A stretch of DNA of 64,000 nucleotides, taken from an uncultured Bacilli bacterium (GTDB lineage Bacteria; Bacillota_I; Bacilli_A; RF39; UBA660). The stretch is from assembly GCA_947627675.1 (NCBI GenBank), contig CANQWY010000001.1, positions 5,334 to 69,333 on the forward strand. The letters run 5' to 3'. Below, piece by piece: positions 42,564 to 54,703 of this stretch (positions are counted from its first letter, which is position 1; each line of letters starts with the position of its first letter). The notes under the pieces are model-generated. The model was not told the origin of the DNA and ran no database searches. It saw only the letters and a program-made list of their open reading frames with translations. A program made the translations under genes and the position numbers.

Positions 42564-42630
42564 TTTCCTCCTTATTTTTTATTATAGCACAAATAAAAAA
42601 AATAAGTTATAATATTTTAGAGGTGGAGAT

Positions 42631-43530
42631 ATGAATGTTGTTTTTAAAGTAAATGATGATATTAAAGAAAAAATGATAAAATATTACGCAGATAAGAAAA
42701 AAGATAAAGAAATACCTTATGTTATTTTTCAAGCTGTCGATAATGATACCGTTATAACTTTATATACTTCTAATAAGGTTATGTTTCAAGGAGTTAGCGC
42801 TGATGTTGATGCTAGCATGTGGAAAGAAATGATGGGGCTCTCTGATAAACCTAAAGAAGACTTTAGCAAATATTATAATTGTAATAGTGTTGGAAGCGAT
42901 GAAGTTGGGACGGGAGATTGGTTTGGACCAATTGTTGTTACTGCATCATATGTTCAAAAAGAGGATATTCCTTTTTTAGAAAGTTTAGGTGTTGGTGATT
43001 CCAAAAAAATAAGTGACGATAAAATACTTAAAATTGCTCCTCAAATTGCTAAAAAGATTAAATACAGAAGTCTAATATTAAGTAATAAGGAATACAATGA
43101 AAAATATTCAAAAGATGTTAATATGAATAAAATTAAAGCCATTATGCATAATAAAGTACTATATCAATTAATTCAAGAAGAAAATCCTAAATATGATTAT
43201 ATTATAGTAGACGAATTTGCAAGAGAAAAAAGGTATTATGAATATATTAAAGAAGATACGAATAAGCAAAAAGGTATTACTTTCATGACTAAAGCTGAAG
43301 ATAAAAATTTAGCAGTTGCTAGTTCATCAATTATCAGTAGATATATCTTTTTAAAGGAATTCGATAAATTGAGTGATAGCTTAGGTATTCCACTTTTAAA
43401 GGGGGCCTCAAAAGAAGTTGACAAAATTGGAGAAGAAATCGTTCAGAAATTCGGCGAAGAAAAACTAGAAGAAATTGCAAAGCTTAATTTTGCTAATACA
43501 ACTAGGGTATTAAAAACCATGATTTTTTAA
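42631..43530 (+). CDS. rnhC: Ribonuclease HIII
   Basis: N-terminal DUF3378-like domain and a catalytic GSDEVGTGDWFGPIVV motif. 299 aa. Confidence 0.85.
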   Translation: MNVVFKVNDDIKEKMIKYYADKKKDKEIPYVIFQAVDNDTVITLYTSNKVMFQGVSADVDASMWKEMMGLSDKPKEDFSKYYNCNSVGSDEVGTGDWFGPIVVTASYVQKEDIPFLESLGVGDSKKISDDKILKIAPQIAKKIKYRSLILSNKEYNEKYSKDVNMNKIKAIMHNKVLYQLIQEENPKYDYIIVDEFAREKRYYEYIKEDTNKQKGITFMTKAEDKNLAVASSSIISRYIFLKEFDKLSDSLGIPLLKGASKEVDKIGEEIVQKFGEEKLEEIAKLNFANTTRVLKTMIF

Positions 43531-43545
43531 ATTTAGTTAAGAAGA

Positions 43546-43573
43546 AAAACACTTTTATATAACAAAGTGTTTT
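43546..43573. terminator. Bidirectional intrinsic terminator between rnhC and dnaJ
   Basis: A perfect AAAACACTTT-tatataac-AAAGTGTTTT hairpin flanked by T/A runs. Confidence 0.6.
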
Positions 43574-44722
43574 TTAATAATTTTCTATTATAAAATCTCT
43601 AAACTCATTAATTTCAGCATCATCTAAATCAGTTTTAGCAAGTGCTTCTATTAATTTTTTCTGATCTCTATTTAAATGTTTAGGAGTAATGACTTTAATA
43701 GTAATATACATATTTCCTTTACTATGTTTTACTTTGTTATCAACTCCTTTACCTCTAATTCTTTGAATATCACCACTATTAGTACCAGCAGGTATATTTA
43801 ATTTTACAGAACCATACAAGGTTGGGATTTCTTTTTTACAGCCCAATATAGCCTCAGTTATGTTTATTGGAACATCTAAATAGATATCATCATTTTCTCT
43901 CTTGAAGTACTTATGTTCACCAACATAAAATTCTAAATATAAGTCTCCAGGTTCTCCCCCATTTGAGCCAGCAGCCCCTTTCTTAGCAAGTCTAAGTCTA
44001 TCACCTGTTGAAATTCCTGCTGGAACATTTACTGTTATCGTTTTATGTTTCGTTGTTTGACCATCACCATGGCAATCTGGACATCTTTTTTCGTATATTT
44101 TCCCACTACCATGACATTCTGGACACGTTGTCTTTGACAAAAATGACCCCAATATAGTATGCTGCTCTGTCGTTATAGTTCCACTACCATGACATTTATT
44201 ACAAGTTTTTGGATTTATTCCACCTTCTCCTGAACATGTATTACATACTTCCACCACATCTAAATCTAAATCTTTTTCACAGCCATATATTGCCTCTTGG
44301 AAAGTAATATTAATTTTTTTCAAGAGATCGGTTCCATTTCTCTTTCTATTACTAGAACTTGATTTAGTAGAAAAACCACTACTAAAGCCTCCGCCAAAGA
44401 AAGAATCAAAAATATCACCTAAATCTATATCGCTAGCATCAAATCCATATGATGATCCAAAACCACCAAAGCCTCCTCCAGCAGAGGCATTACCGCTAAC
44501 TCCTGCATGGCCAAACTTATCATATCGGCTTCTTTTAGCATCATCTGATAATACCTCATAAGCCTCTTGAACTTCTTTGAATTTGTCAGCTGCTGTAGGA
44601 TCATCTTTATTTAAATCAGGATGATATTTTTTAGCAAGTTTTCTGAAAGCACTTTTTATTTCTTGAGCTGTTGCTGTCTTAGAAACTCCAAGTACCTCAT
44701 AATAATCTCTTTTGTCTGACAT
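43574..44722 (-). CDS. dnaJ: Molecular chaperone DnaJ
   Basis: J-domain with HPD (KKYHPDLN), a Gly/Phe-rich region, and four CxxCxGxG zinc-finger repeats. Confidence 0.95.
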   Translation of the reverse strand: MSDKRDYYEVLGVSKTATAQEIKSAFRKLAKKYHPDLNKDDPTAADKFKEVQEAYEVLSDDAKRSRYDKFGHAGVSGNASAGGGFGGFGSSYGFDASDIDLGDIFDSFFGGGFSSGFSTKSSSSNRKRNGTDLLKKINITFQEAIYGCEKDLDLDVVEVCNTCSGEGGINPKTCNKCHGSGTITTEQHTILGSFLSKTTCPECHGSGKIYEKRCPDCHGDGQTTKHKTITVNVPAGISTGDRLRLAKKGAAGSNGGEPGDLYLEFYVGEHKYFKRENDDIYLDVPINITEAILGCKKEIPTLYGSVKLNIPAGTNSGDIQRIRGKGVDNKVKHSKGNMYITIKVITPKHLNRDQKKLIEALAKTDLDDAEINEFRDFIIENY

Positions 44723-44734
44723 AATCTCACCTCA

Positions 44735-46534
44735 CTACTCTTTATAATAAACTTTTTTGAATTCTTCTATAGTATTTTTAAATAATTTAATTGCACTTTC
44801 GAATATTTCAGTATTCGTTAAATCTATATCAATTATCTTTAATACTTCTAATGGATAATTTCTTCCTCCAGATTTTAGAAATTCAATATACTTTTCTTTA
44901 AAACCAGGGGTTTTATTAATAATATTTTCGGCAATATAACACGAAATTGAAAGACTTGTTGCATACTGATAAACATAAAACGGTGTATAAAAATGTGGGA
45001 TCCTTAACCATTCGTATTTTATTTCATCATCAACTATAACATTATCTCCAAAGTAATCTTTATTTAATTTATAGTACATATCACATAGATAATCGCTCGT
45101 CAAAATATTTTTATCTTCAACATATTCGTGAGCATTTTTTTCAAATTCAGCAAACATAGTCTGTCTAAATATAGTTGCTTTAAATAAATCCAATTTTTCA
45201 TTTAAAATATCTAGCTTTTCTTCTTTTGTACTACTATTTAGATACATATAATTACTTAATAATAATTCGTTTGTAGTTGATGCTATTTCTGCTAAGAAGA
45301 TGGGGTAACCAGAATTTATATATGGATTATATTTATTAGAATAATATGTATGCATTGAGTGCCCTAGTTCATGAGCTAATGTGCTTATATCATTATAGGT
45401 ATTAGTATAATTTAACAAAACATATGGTAAAGTATCATAACTGCCTGTTGAATAAGCTCCTGTTCTCTTACCTATATTTGGATATTTATCAACCCATCCT
45501 TCAGTAAATGCAGTTTCTAATACTCTAATATAGTCATCTCCTAAAATATTCAATGCTTTTAAAACTATTTCTTTAGCCTCATCATAGGAATATTTCTTCT
45601 CATTATCCTTTATTACTTTAACATATCCATCATATAAATGAAATTCAGTTAAACCTAGAATATCTTTTTTTAAAGCGTAATAATCATATAGTACATCAAT
45701 ATTTGATCTCACAGTTTTTATTAAGTTATTATATAGTTCTATTGGTATTTTTTTTGAACTTAAATACATTTCTATCGAACTAGTATAATTTCTTAATCTT
45801 GCTGTTATAGTATCATAATTAATAGCTCCCGAATAAGATGAAGTTAAGGTGTTTTTAAAATTACCATAGGTATTTAACATAGTTTTGAATGCTTGTTTTC
45901 TAACATCCCTATTTTTGCTTTTTAAAAATATTGAGTAATTTGATTCTGTTAATTCAACTTTATTTTTATTTTCATCTTCAATAAAACCAAATTTTATATC
46001 TGCATTTGTCAAATATGAAGATATTTCACTAGGAGCTGATAAAACAGGCAAATATGATGATAACACTTTTTCAACTTGTTCATCTAAAATATGTTCTTTT
46101 TTTAAGAAAATTACATCAAAATAGTATTTATATGGTTCTAATTCTTTTTGTTCTTCTATGTACTTGTCAATTATCTTCTTATCTAGTTTTAAAATTTCTG
46201 GAATTACTGATGATGTTTTTTCATTATATAAAGAATATAAATTAGTAATTTTGCCAGAAAGTTCTTGATATTTTGCTTCTCTTTTATCTTCATCATTTCT
46301 ACAATTTGCATATACCGATAATTTTTCAATCATTCTAGATGTCTTTTCATCTTGCATTAAGAATTCTTTGAATTTTTCAGAACTAGTTAAAAAATCAGTT
46401 TGCATATTCTCTAATATATCTATTTCCTTTAAAGTTTTTTCCATATCAGCATTAAAGCTATCTATATCTTTATATACTAATTCTATATTCCATTTATCAC
46501 TGCTATTAACTTCTTCCCTTTTTTTATTATCCAT
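44735..46534 (-). CDS. pepF: Oligoendopeptidase F (M3B family)
   Basis: HELGH zinc motif (AHELGHSMH) and length 599 aa. It is located between dnaK and dnaJ. Confidence 0.85.
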   Translation of the reverse strand: MDNKKREEVNSSDKWNIELVYKDIDSFNADMEKTLKEIDILENMQTDFLTSSEKFKEFLMQDEKTSRMIEKLSVYANCRNDEDKREAKYQELSGKITNLYSLYNEKTSSVIPEILKLDKKIIDKYIEEQKELEPYKYYFDVIFLKKEHILDEQVEKVLSSYLPVLSAPSEISSYLTNADIKFGFIEDENKNKVELTESNYSIFLKSKNRDVRKQAFKTMLNTYGNFKNTLTSSYSGAINYDTITARLRNYTSSIEMYLSSKKIPIELYNNLIKTVRSNIDVLYDYYALKKDILGLTEFHLYDGYVKVIKDNEKKYSYDEAKEIVLKALNILGDDYIRVLETAFTEGWVDKYPNIGKRTGAYSTGSYDTLPYVLLNYTNTYNDISTLAHELGHSMHTYYSNKYNPYINSGYPIFLAEIASTTNELLLSNYMYLNSSTKEEKLDILNEKLDLFKATIFRQTMFAEFEKNAHEYVEDKNILTSDYLCDMYYKLNKDYFGDNVIVDDEIKYEWLRIPHFYTPFYVYQYATSLSISCYIAENIINKTPGFKEKYIEFLKSGGRNYPLEVLKIIDIDLTNTEIFESAIKLFKNTIEEFKKVYYKE

Positions 46535-46591
46535 TTTCTCTCCTATTAATATGAAGAAGCAGTCCTAGTGACTACTTCTAATTTATAATTA

Positions 46592-49075
<2,484 letters not shown>

Positions 49076-49086
<11 letters not shown>

Positions 49087-50068
49087 TATTTTTTTTGATA
49101 AACTCTAACAAATTTATGACTCTATTATATTCCATACGCTTTGGACCAATAATAGCAATTGTTCCCTCATCTGTCTTTGTTTTATATTTAGTTTTTATTA
49201 CAGTAACATTGTCATCAATTTGGTTTTCTTCTCCAATATATATTTCTATATCATGAGAGTCACTTTTATTAACTATTTTTCTCAATATATCTTTATTATC
49301 AAGTTTGCTATTTATTCCTTTTATTTTTTCTAAATCATAAAACTCAGGTTGCTCTAAAAATTTGTTTTTGCCAACTATATTTACATTATTACTTTCAGTA
49401 AAATCGGTAAATACATGATAGAATGCATTATAAATTTGTTCGTGTTGATTTACATATTTACCTATAATTGGTTTAACTTCATATTCAAGTTTAGTACTTA
49501 CCTCATCAATTGGAGTACCAATAATAAGGTTATTAATCAAAGAAACAGTTTTCTTAACTTCTTCTAAACTAACGTTTTTAAGATTAATAATTTTATGTTT
49601 TACATTTCCTTTATCTGTTATAACAATAACTGTCATATTATCTTCATCTATTGGGACCACTTCAATTTGTTTTAGCAAATTTTCATGTGAGGTAGATCCT
49701 AAGATAACACTTACATAATTTGTCATGTCCGAAACCAATTGTAGACTCTTAGTAATACAATCAGATAATGCTAATTGTTGATTACTGAATATTATTTCTA
49801 ACTTTTTCATATCGGTTTCTTTCATTTTCCTTTTGTCCATCAAATTATCAACGTAATATCGATAACCAGCTTCACTTGGAATTCTACCACTTGATGTATG
49901 AGTTTTTTCGATTAGTCCTGAAAGTTCTAATGATTGCATGTCATTTCTAATTGTTGCAGGTGAACATTTTAATCTTTTACTTATTAATTTAGAACTCACA
50001 GGTTTTGCAAAAGGAATGTATTCTTCCACTATTAATTTTAGAATACTATTTTCTCTTTTGGTAAGCAT
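49076..50068 (-). CDS. hrcA: Heat-inducible transcription repressor HrcA
   Basis: N-terminal winged helix MLTKRENSILKLIVEEY, about 330 aa, and position before grpE. The start is assigned to the ATG after AGGAGG, downstream of the CIRCE element. Confidence 0.9.
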
Positions 50069-50079
50069 GCTATTACCTC

Positions 50080-50106
50080 CTAGCACTATAAATATCGGAG
50101 TGCTAA
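50080..50106. promoter_or_regulatory. CIRCE operator (HrcA binding site) upstream of hrcA
   Basis: cTAGCACTa-TAAATATCG-GAGTGCTAA fits TTAGCACTC-N9-GAGTGCTAA with two mismatches in the left arm. Confidence 0.8.
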
Positions 50107-50176
50107 TATCATTATATGTCTATAATTATCACTTGTCAACTTATTTTGCTAATTTTTTTTAGACATTTTTTTACTT

Positions 50177-50371
50177 TTAACTACATATACTGTTATTTCT
50201 GCTATTTGCAAATTCAAGTAATTCCTTCTCCGTTTGTTCTACAAAATCATTTGTAGTTTTTTTGCTAAATGCTGATAAACTAATAATCATAAAAATAACT
50301 AGAACTGATATTATTAAAAGCCCATACAATAAAGTTGAAATAGCAAAAGCATTACTATTTAATTTTTGCAT
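50177..50371 (-). CDS. Small membrane protein (64 aa)
   Basis: One TM helix and an AGGTG RBS. Confidence 0.4.
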   Translation of the reverse strand: MQKLNSNAFAISTLLYGLLIISVLVIFMIISLSAFSKKTTNDFVEQTEKELLEFANSRNNSICS

Positions 50372-50406
50372 TATATCACCTACTTTTATAGATATATTTG
50401 ATTATA

Positions 50407-50958
50407 TCATTTTCTTTTTAAAATAACTATATATTTATCACCATATTTTTTTGATTTTATTTGACAATAATTTTCGTAATATATAATTTTTTCTAAATTA
50501 TCACTTTCACAAATAATTAACCCATCGCTATTTAATATATTATAATCATTTATTAACTCTATAGATTTTTTTATATAATTTGTCTTATAAGGTGGGTCTA
50601 AAAAAATTATATCTAATTTTATATTTCTATCTTTTATTTCCAATAATGCTTTTTGATAATCTTTATTTATAATTAAATATTTATCAGCTTCTACTTGTAA
50701 TTTATTTAAGTTATTCCTTATGCATGATATTGCTTTTTTATTATTATCTACAAAATACACTTTTTTAGATCCCATACTTAATGCCTCAATACCTAAATTG
50801 CCACTACCAGAAAATAAATCTAAAATATTTTTATCTTTTATATTAAATTGAATCATTGCAAACAAAGATTCCTTTACTCTATCCATGGTTGGTCTAGTAC
50901 CCTCTAAATTATATCCTAATAATATATGGCCCCTATATTTGCCACTTATTACTTTCAT
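50407..50958 (-). CDS. rsmD: 16S rRNA (guanine966-N2)-methyltransferase RsmD
   Basis: MKVISGKYRG start, DLFSGSGNLGIEALS SAM motif, and FLDPPY. It matches the ylbH position after ylbD/ylbE-like genes. Confidence 0.85.
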   Translation of the reverse strand: MKVISGKYRGHILLGYNLEGTRPTMDRVKESLFAMIQFNIKDKNILDLFSGSGNLGIEALSMGSKKVYFVDNNKKAISCIRNNLNKLQVEADKYLIINKDYQKALLEIKDRNIKLDIIFLDPPYKTNYIKKSIELINDYNILNSDGLIICESDNLEKIIYYENYCQIKSKKYGDKYIVILKRK

Positions 50959-50959
50959 A

Positions 50960-51238
50960 TTATACATCCCCATTTTTACATAAATTATTTAATTCTTGGT
51001 TAATCTCTAAAATCATTAAATTCAAATTAGCTTCTAAGCGTCTAACTACTTTATAAGAATCGTTATTTTCTATTTCTTCCTTTAATTTTAAATCTTTAGA
51101 TATTTGATATTTTCTTATTTTCTCAATTAATTTGTTGTCTTTTCTTATTGTAATATAACATTTATTTAATTCCTTTATTATTTCTTCATTATTTAATTTA
51201 TCTTCAAAATTTATTATTAATTTATATAAAATATCCAT
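50960..51238 (-). CDS. Small helical protein (92 aa), possibly a YlbF/YmcA-like (Ric) family member
   Basis: Helical, with AAGGAG RBS. It occupies the ylbF/ylbG slot between ylbE-like and rsmD. Sequence similarity is only suggestive. Confidence 0.35.
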   Translation of the reverse strand: MDILYKLIINFEDKLNNEEIIKELNKCYITIRKDNKLIEKIRKYQISKDLKLKEEIENNDSYKVVRRLEANLNLMILEINQELNNLCKNGDV

Positions 51239-51242
51239 TTTT

Positions 51243-51275
51243 CTCCTTAAAAAAGCATTCGAATATATTCGAATG
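51243..51275 (-). terminator. Perfect 26-nt palindrome/hairpin with a U tract immediately upstream of the 92-aa gene RBS; a terminator or operator
   Basis: AAGCATTCGAATA|TATTCGAATGCTT is followed, on the minus strand, by TTTTTT, then AAGGAGAAAA-ATG. Confidence 0.45.
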
Positions 51276-51507
51276 CTTAGAAGGTGATACGCACAAACAA
51301 GTATCGCCTTATGAACAATAATTGTTCATATCTATTATATAACAAATTTCGACAAAATTTGCAATATATTTTTTAAAAAAAATAATTTTTTTTCGTAGAT
51401 ATTAGGATCCAACCTTATCAAAAATCTTATTCTTTCTTATCATTATAAGTAATAATAATAGATTTAATTTTTCTATTTTTCAAATATAGTTTAAAAGTAA
51501 TTTTGAA

Positions 51508-51729
51508 TTATTTTAATACTGATAATAGATTAGATACTAAATTTATACTTTCGCCAATTTTTTCTATTCTGTCTTCTGTTGTTAATTTATATTCTTTCTT
51601 CATTTCTTCCTCCATCTTTTTTAAAAATCTAACATCTCTATTTAAATATTTATACCATGTTGAATGCTCTTTTAAATACTTTTTTAGATTGGGATTACTA
51701 TTAATTATTATTCTAGCTTCTACTTGCAT
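51508..51729 (-). CDS. YlbE-like protein
   Basis: 73 aa. MQVEARIIINSNPNLKKYLKEHSTWYKYLNRD resembles the B. subtilis YlbE N-terminus. It lies in ylb synteny. Confidence 0.5.
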   Translation of the reverse strand: MQVEARIIINSNPNLKKYLKEHSTWYKYLNRDVRFLKKMEEEMKKEYKLTTEDRIEKIGESINLVSNLLSVLK

Positions 51730-52115
51730 TAGTCCTCAAAATACTTATACATAGGTCGAGGTTCATATGATGGAGTTACATTTTTAGAATTTCCTAATCC
51801 CATATCTTGTAGTAATCCTATTGTTTTTTGAATATTATTAATACCCTTTTGAACTGTTTCTAAATCAATATTTTTAATTGTATTCATAAAATCAGAAATG
51901 GTTACATCTTTAAGATTTTTATTTTCATACACAGTAGAATTATTTGTGATGGATGGTACAGTAGTATTTTTAAAATAATTATCCCAAACTGAACTATTTT
52001 CACCATAAATATCATATAATTCATATAATTTTTGCCATGTAGTATTGTTAGAATTAACTTGGCTTGCTAATGATGGATGAAGACGAGCAAAATTTTTAAA
52101 ATCTTCTTTAGACAT
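51729..52115 (-). CDS. YlbD-like putative coat protein
   Basis: 128 aa. N-terminal FKNFARLHPSLASQVNSNNTTWQKLYELYDIYGE resembles YlbD (KEFKAFVKKHPGMIKEVRSEKKSWQEVYEDW). It is upstream of the ylbE-like gene. Confidence 0.45.
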   Translation of the reverse strand: MSKEDFKNFARLHPSLASQVNSNNTTWQKLYELYDIYGENSSVWDNYFKNTTVPSITNNSTVYENKNLKDVTISDFMNTIKNIDLETVQKGINNIQKTIGLLQDMGLGNSKNVTPSYEPRPMYKYFED

Positions 52116-52169
52116 ATTATCACCTACATAATTATATGCTAAAACAAATAAATTATTAAAAAAAAAGAC

Positions 52170-54692
52170 CTAATTTATAAAGTCATCTATTGTTAATAAT
52201 CTATTATCAATTTCATCTAGGTCTATTTGCTCCTTTTTTGGAATTTCCTCTATTATTTTTATTGTTTCTAATTTTTTCTCCAAATCTTTAATAATAAAAG
52301 CGTTAGTAGGTTCTTTTTTTAATAATTCTTTACCTGTTGAGTATCTATCCAAAATAGGTAGTTCTGTTATTTTAAATTCTTTTATTGAATCGGATTTTAT
52401 TCCAATATAATTTTTAGAATCGGTTATAAATGTTTTTAAAATTTTATAAGGTTTCGTTTTTACTTCTCTTATCATCAAAAGCCCTTTTCTTGTTCTGGTA
52501 GATAAATCAAATTCTTTCAATTTTACTCTTTTAGCTGTTCCATTCTTAGTAATAACAGTTAAATACTCATCAAAATCATATGAGAAATTATTTATACTAA
52601 CTACTTCATCCTCCTTTAAGGTTATTGCCTTAACACCAGCTGCTTTAATACCAATCATAGGAATTTCTTCTGCTCTAAATGCTAATCCATATCCATTATT
52701 AGTACTTATAAAAACATTTTCTTTAGTTTGTACTATAGCATCTATTAATCTATCACCATCTTTTAATTTCATACAACTAGCTGGTTTTGAATAACGACTT
52801 AATTTAAAATTAGCAAGCTCACATCTTTTAATCATACCATTTTTGGTTGCTAAAATTATATTTTTATTAACCTCGAAATTATATGCAGGAATGCAAGAGA
52901 TAATTTCTTCGCCTTCTTCTACTAATATTAAATTTGATATATGTTTTCCCATATCTTTCCACTTTGTATCAAAAATAATATGAACTGGAATATGTAGATA
53001 ATTCCCCAAAGATGTAAATACTAATAGTGTATCTAAAGTACTTAACTCATATAAGCCTATTATAAAATCATTTTCTTTTAATGCAGGCATATCAGTTGAT
53101 GATTGATAACTTCTAATGCTTGTTCTTTTTATGTATCCATCTTTTGTTAGCATGACAATTACGTCTTCTTTAGAAATCATTTCAGTTGTATCTATTTTTG
53201 TATCTGTTATTTCATCTCTAATTTCTGTTAATCTTTCAGATGAATATTCTTCTTTTATCTTAGCTAAATCTTGCTTCATAACTTTTTTAAGAGCAGTATC
53301 ACTATTAAGTATTTTTGTTAATCCAGCAACAATTTTTGTTAATTTCTTAAGTTCTTCTTCTAATTCAACAACATCTGTATTAGTCAAGCGATATAATTGT
53401 AATACAACAATAGCTTCAGCTTGTTCATAAGAAAAAGCAAATTCTTTTACTAAATTATCTTTAGCATCACTTTTATTTTTACTAGCTCGTATTACTTTTA
53501 TAACATCATCTAATATAGAAAGACATTTAATTAATCCTTCTACGATATGAAGACGTTTTTTAGCAGTCAATAAATCAAAATTTGTTCTTCTAGTAACAAC
53601 TTCTTTTTGATGTTTAATAAAAGCATCTAATAACCCTTCTAATCCTAATTGTTTAGGACATTTATTAACTATAGAAATCATATTAAAACTATAGCTAGAT
53701 TGCATGTCAGTATTTTTAAATAAATAATTTAAGATTAAATCCTTATTAGCATCTTTTTTCAAATCAATTGCAATACGAATATCACTAGCAGATTCATCTC
53801 TTACTTCAGCAATTCCTTCTACTTTTTTATCTATCCTAATATCATCAATCTTTTTTACTAATAAAGCTTTATTAACTTCAAACGGTATCTCTGTAATAAT
53901 TATTGAATACTTACCAGCTTTTTCTTCAAATTCAGTTTTTGCTCTAACAACTATTTTACCTTTACCTGTTGTATATGCATCTATTAATCCTTGCTTACCT
54001 TCTACTATAGCACCAGTTGGGAAATCTGGTCCTTTTATAAATCTCATTAACTCCTCTAATGTACTGTTAGGATTATCTATTCGATAAATAGTAGCATCTA
54101 TAACTTCATTTAAATTATGAGGTGGTATATTAGTAGCATATCCAGCTGATATACCAGTTGCCCCGTTTACAAGTAAAGCGGGAAATCTAGCAGGCATAAC
54201 TGTTGGTTCTAGACGAGAATCATCAAAGTTAGGAGCAAATTCAACAGTATTTTTATCTAAGTCTCTTACCATTTCATTACTAATTTTAGAAAGCCTAGCT
54301 TCGGTGTAACGATATGCTGCAGGACTATCACCATCTATACTACCATTATTACCATGCATATCAATATATGGAATACGGGCTTTCCAGTTTTGACTCATAC
54401 GAACCATTGCATCATAAATAGAAGTATCGCCATGTGGATGATACTTTCCAATTACATCTCCAACTGTAGATGCACTTTTCTTATATGGCCTATCATATGT
54501 ATTTTTTTCATGGAACATCGAATATAAAATTCTTCTTTGAACGGGTTTTAGCCCATCTCGAGCATCTGGAATAGCTCTTTCTTGAATAATATATTTGGAG
54601 TAACTTCCAAAACGTTCTCCCATTATGTCTTCCAATGTATATTCTTTTATTTTTTCTATAATCTCTTCTGTTTCAGTTTTTTTTGCCATCAT
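52170..54692 (-). CDS. parC: DNA topoisomerase IV subunit A
   Basis: N-terminal LEDIMGERFGSYSKYIIQERAIPDARDGLKPVQRRILYSM is ParC-type, with the catalytic Tyr region AAYRYTEARL. It follows the parE-like gene and is not at the origin. Confidence 0.8.
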   Translation of the reverse strand: MMAKKTETEEIIEKIKEYTLEDIMGERFGSYSKYIIQERAIPDARDGLKPVQRRILYSMFHEKNTYDRPYKKSASTVGDVIGKYHPHGDTSIYDAMVRMSQNWKARIPYIDMHGNNGSIDGDSPAAYRYTEARLSKISNEMVRDLDKNTVEFAPNFDDSRLEPTVMPARFPALLVNGATGISAGYATNIPPHNLNEVIDATIYRIDNPNSTLEELMRFIKGPDFPTGAIVEGKQGLIDAYTTGKGKIVVRAKTEFEEKAGKYSIIITEIPFEVNKALLVKKIDDIRIDKKVEGIAEVRDESASDIRIAIDLKKDANKDLILNYLFKNTDMQSSYSFNMISIVNKCPKQLGLEGLLDAFIKHQKEVVTRRTNFDLLTAKKRLHIVEGLIKCLSILDDVIKVIRASKNKSDAKDNLVKEFAFSYEQAEAIVVLQLYRLTNTDVVELEEELKKLTKIVAGLTKILNSDTALKKVMKQDLAKIKEEYSSERLTEIRDEITDTKIDTTEMISKEDVIVMLTKDGYIKRTSIRSYQSSTDMPALKENDFIIGLYELSTLDTLLVFTSLGNYLHIPVHIIFDTKWKDMGKHISNLILVEEGEEIISCIPAYNFEVNKNIILATKNGMIKRCELANFKLSRYSKPASCMKLKDGDRLIDAIVQTKENVFISTNNGYGLAFRAEEIPMIGIKAAGVKAITLKEDEVVSINNFSYDFDEYLTVITKNGTAKRVKLKEFDLSTRTRKGLLMIREVKTKPYKILKTFITDSKNYIGIKSDSIKEFKITELPILDRYSTGKELLKKEPTNAFIIKDLEKKLETIKIIEEIPKKEQIDLDEIDNRLLTIDDFIN

Positions 54693-54703
54693 TACACCTA
54701 CTT

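Noticed and set aside
51503-51754. 83-aa plus-strand ORF
   Set aside because: It is fully antisense to the ylbE-like gene, which has better homology support, and it has no RBS.
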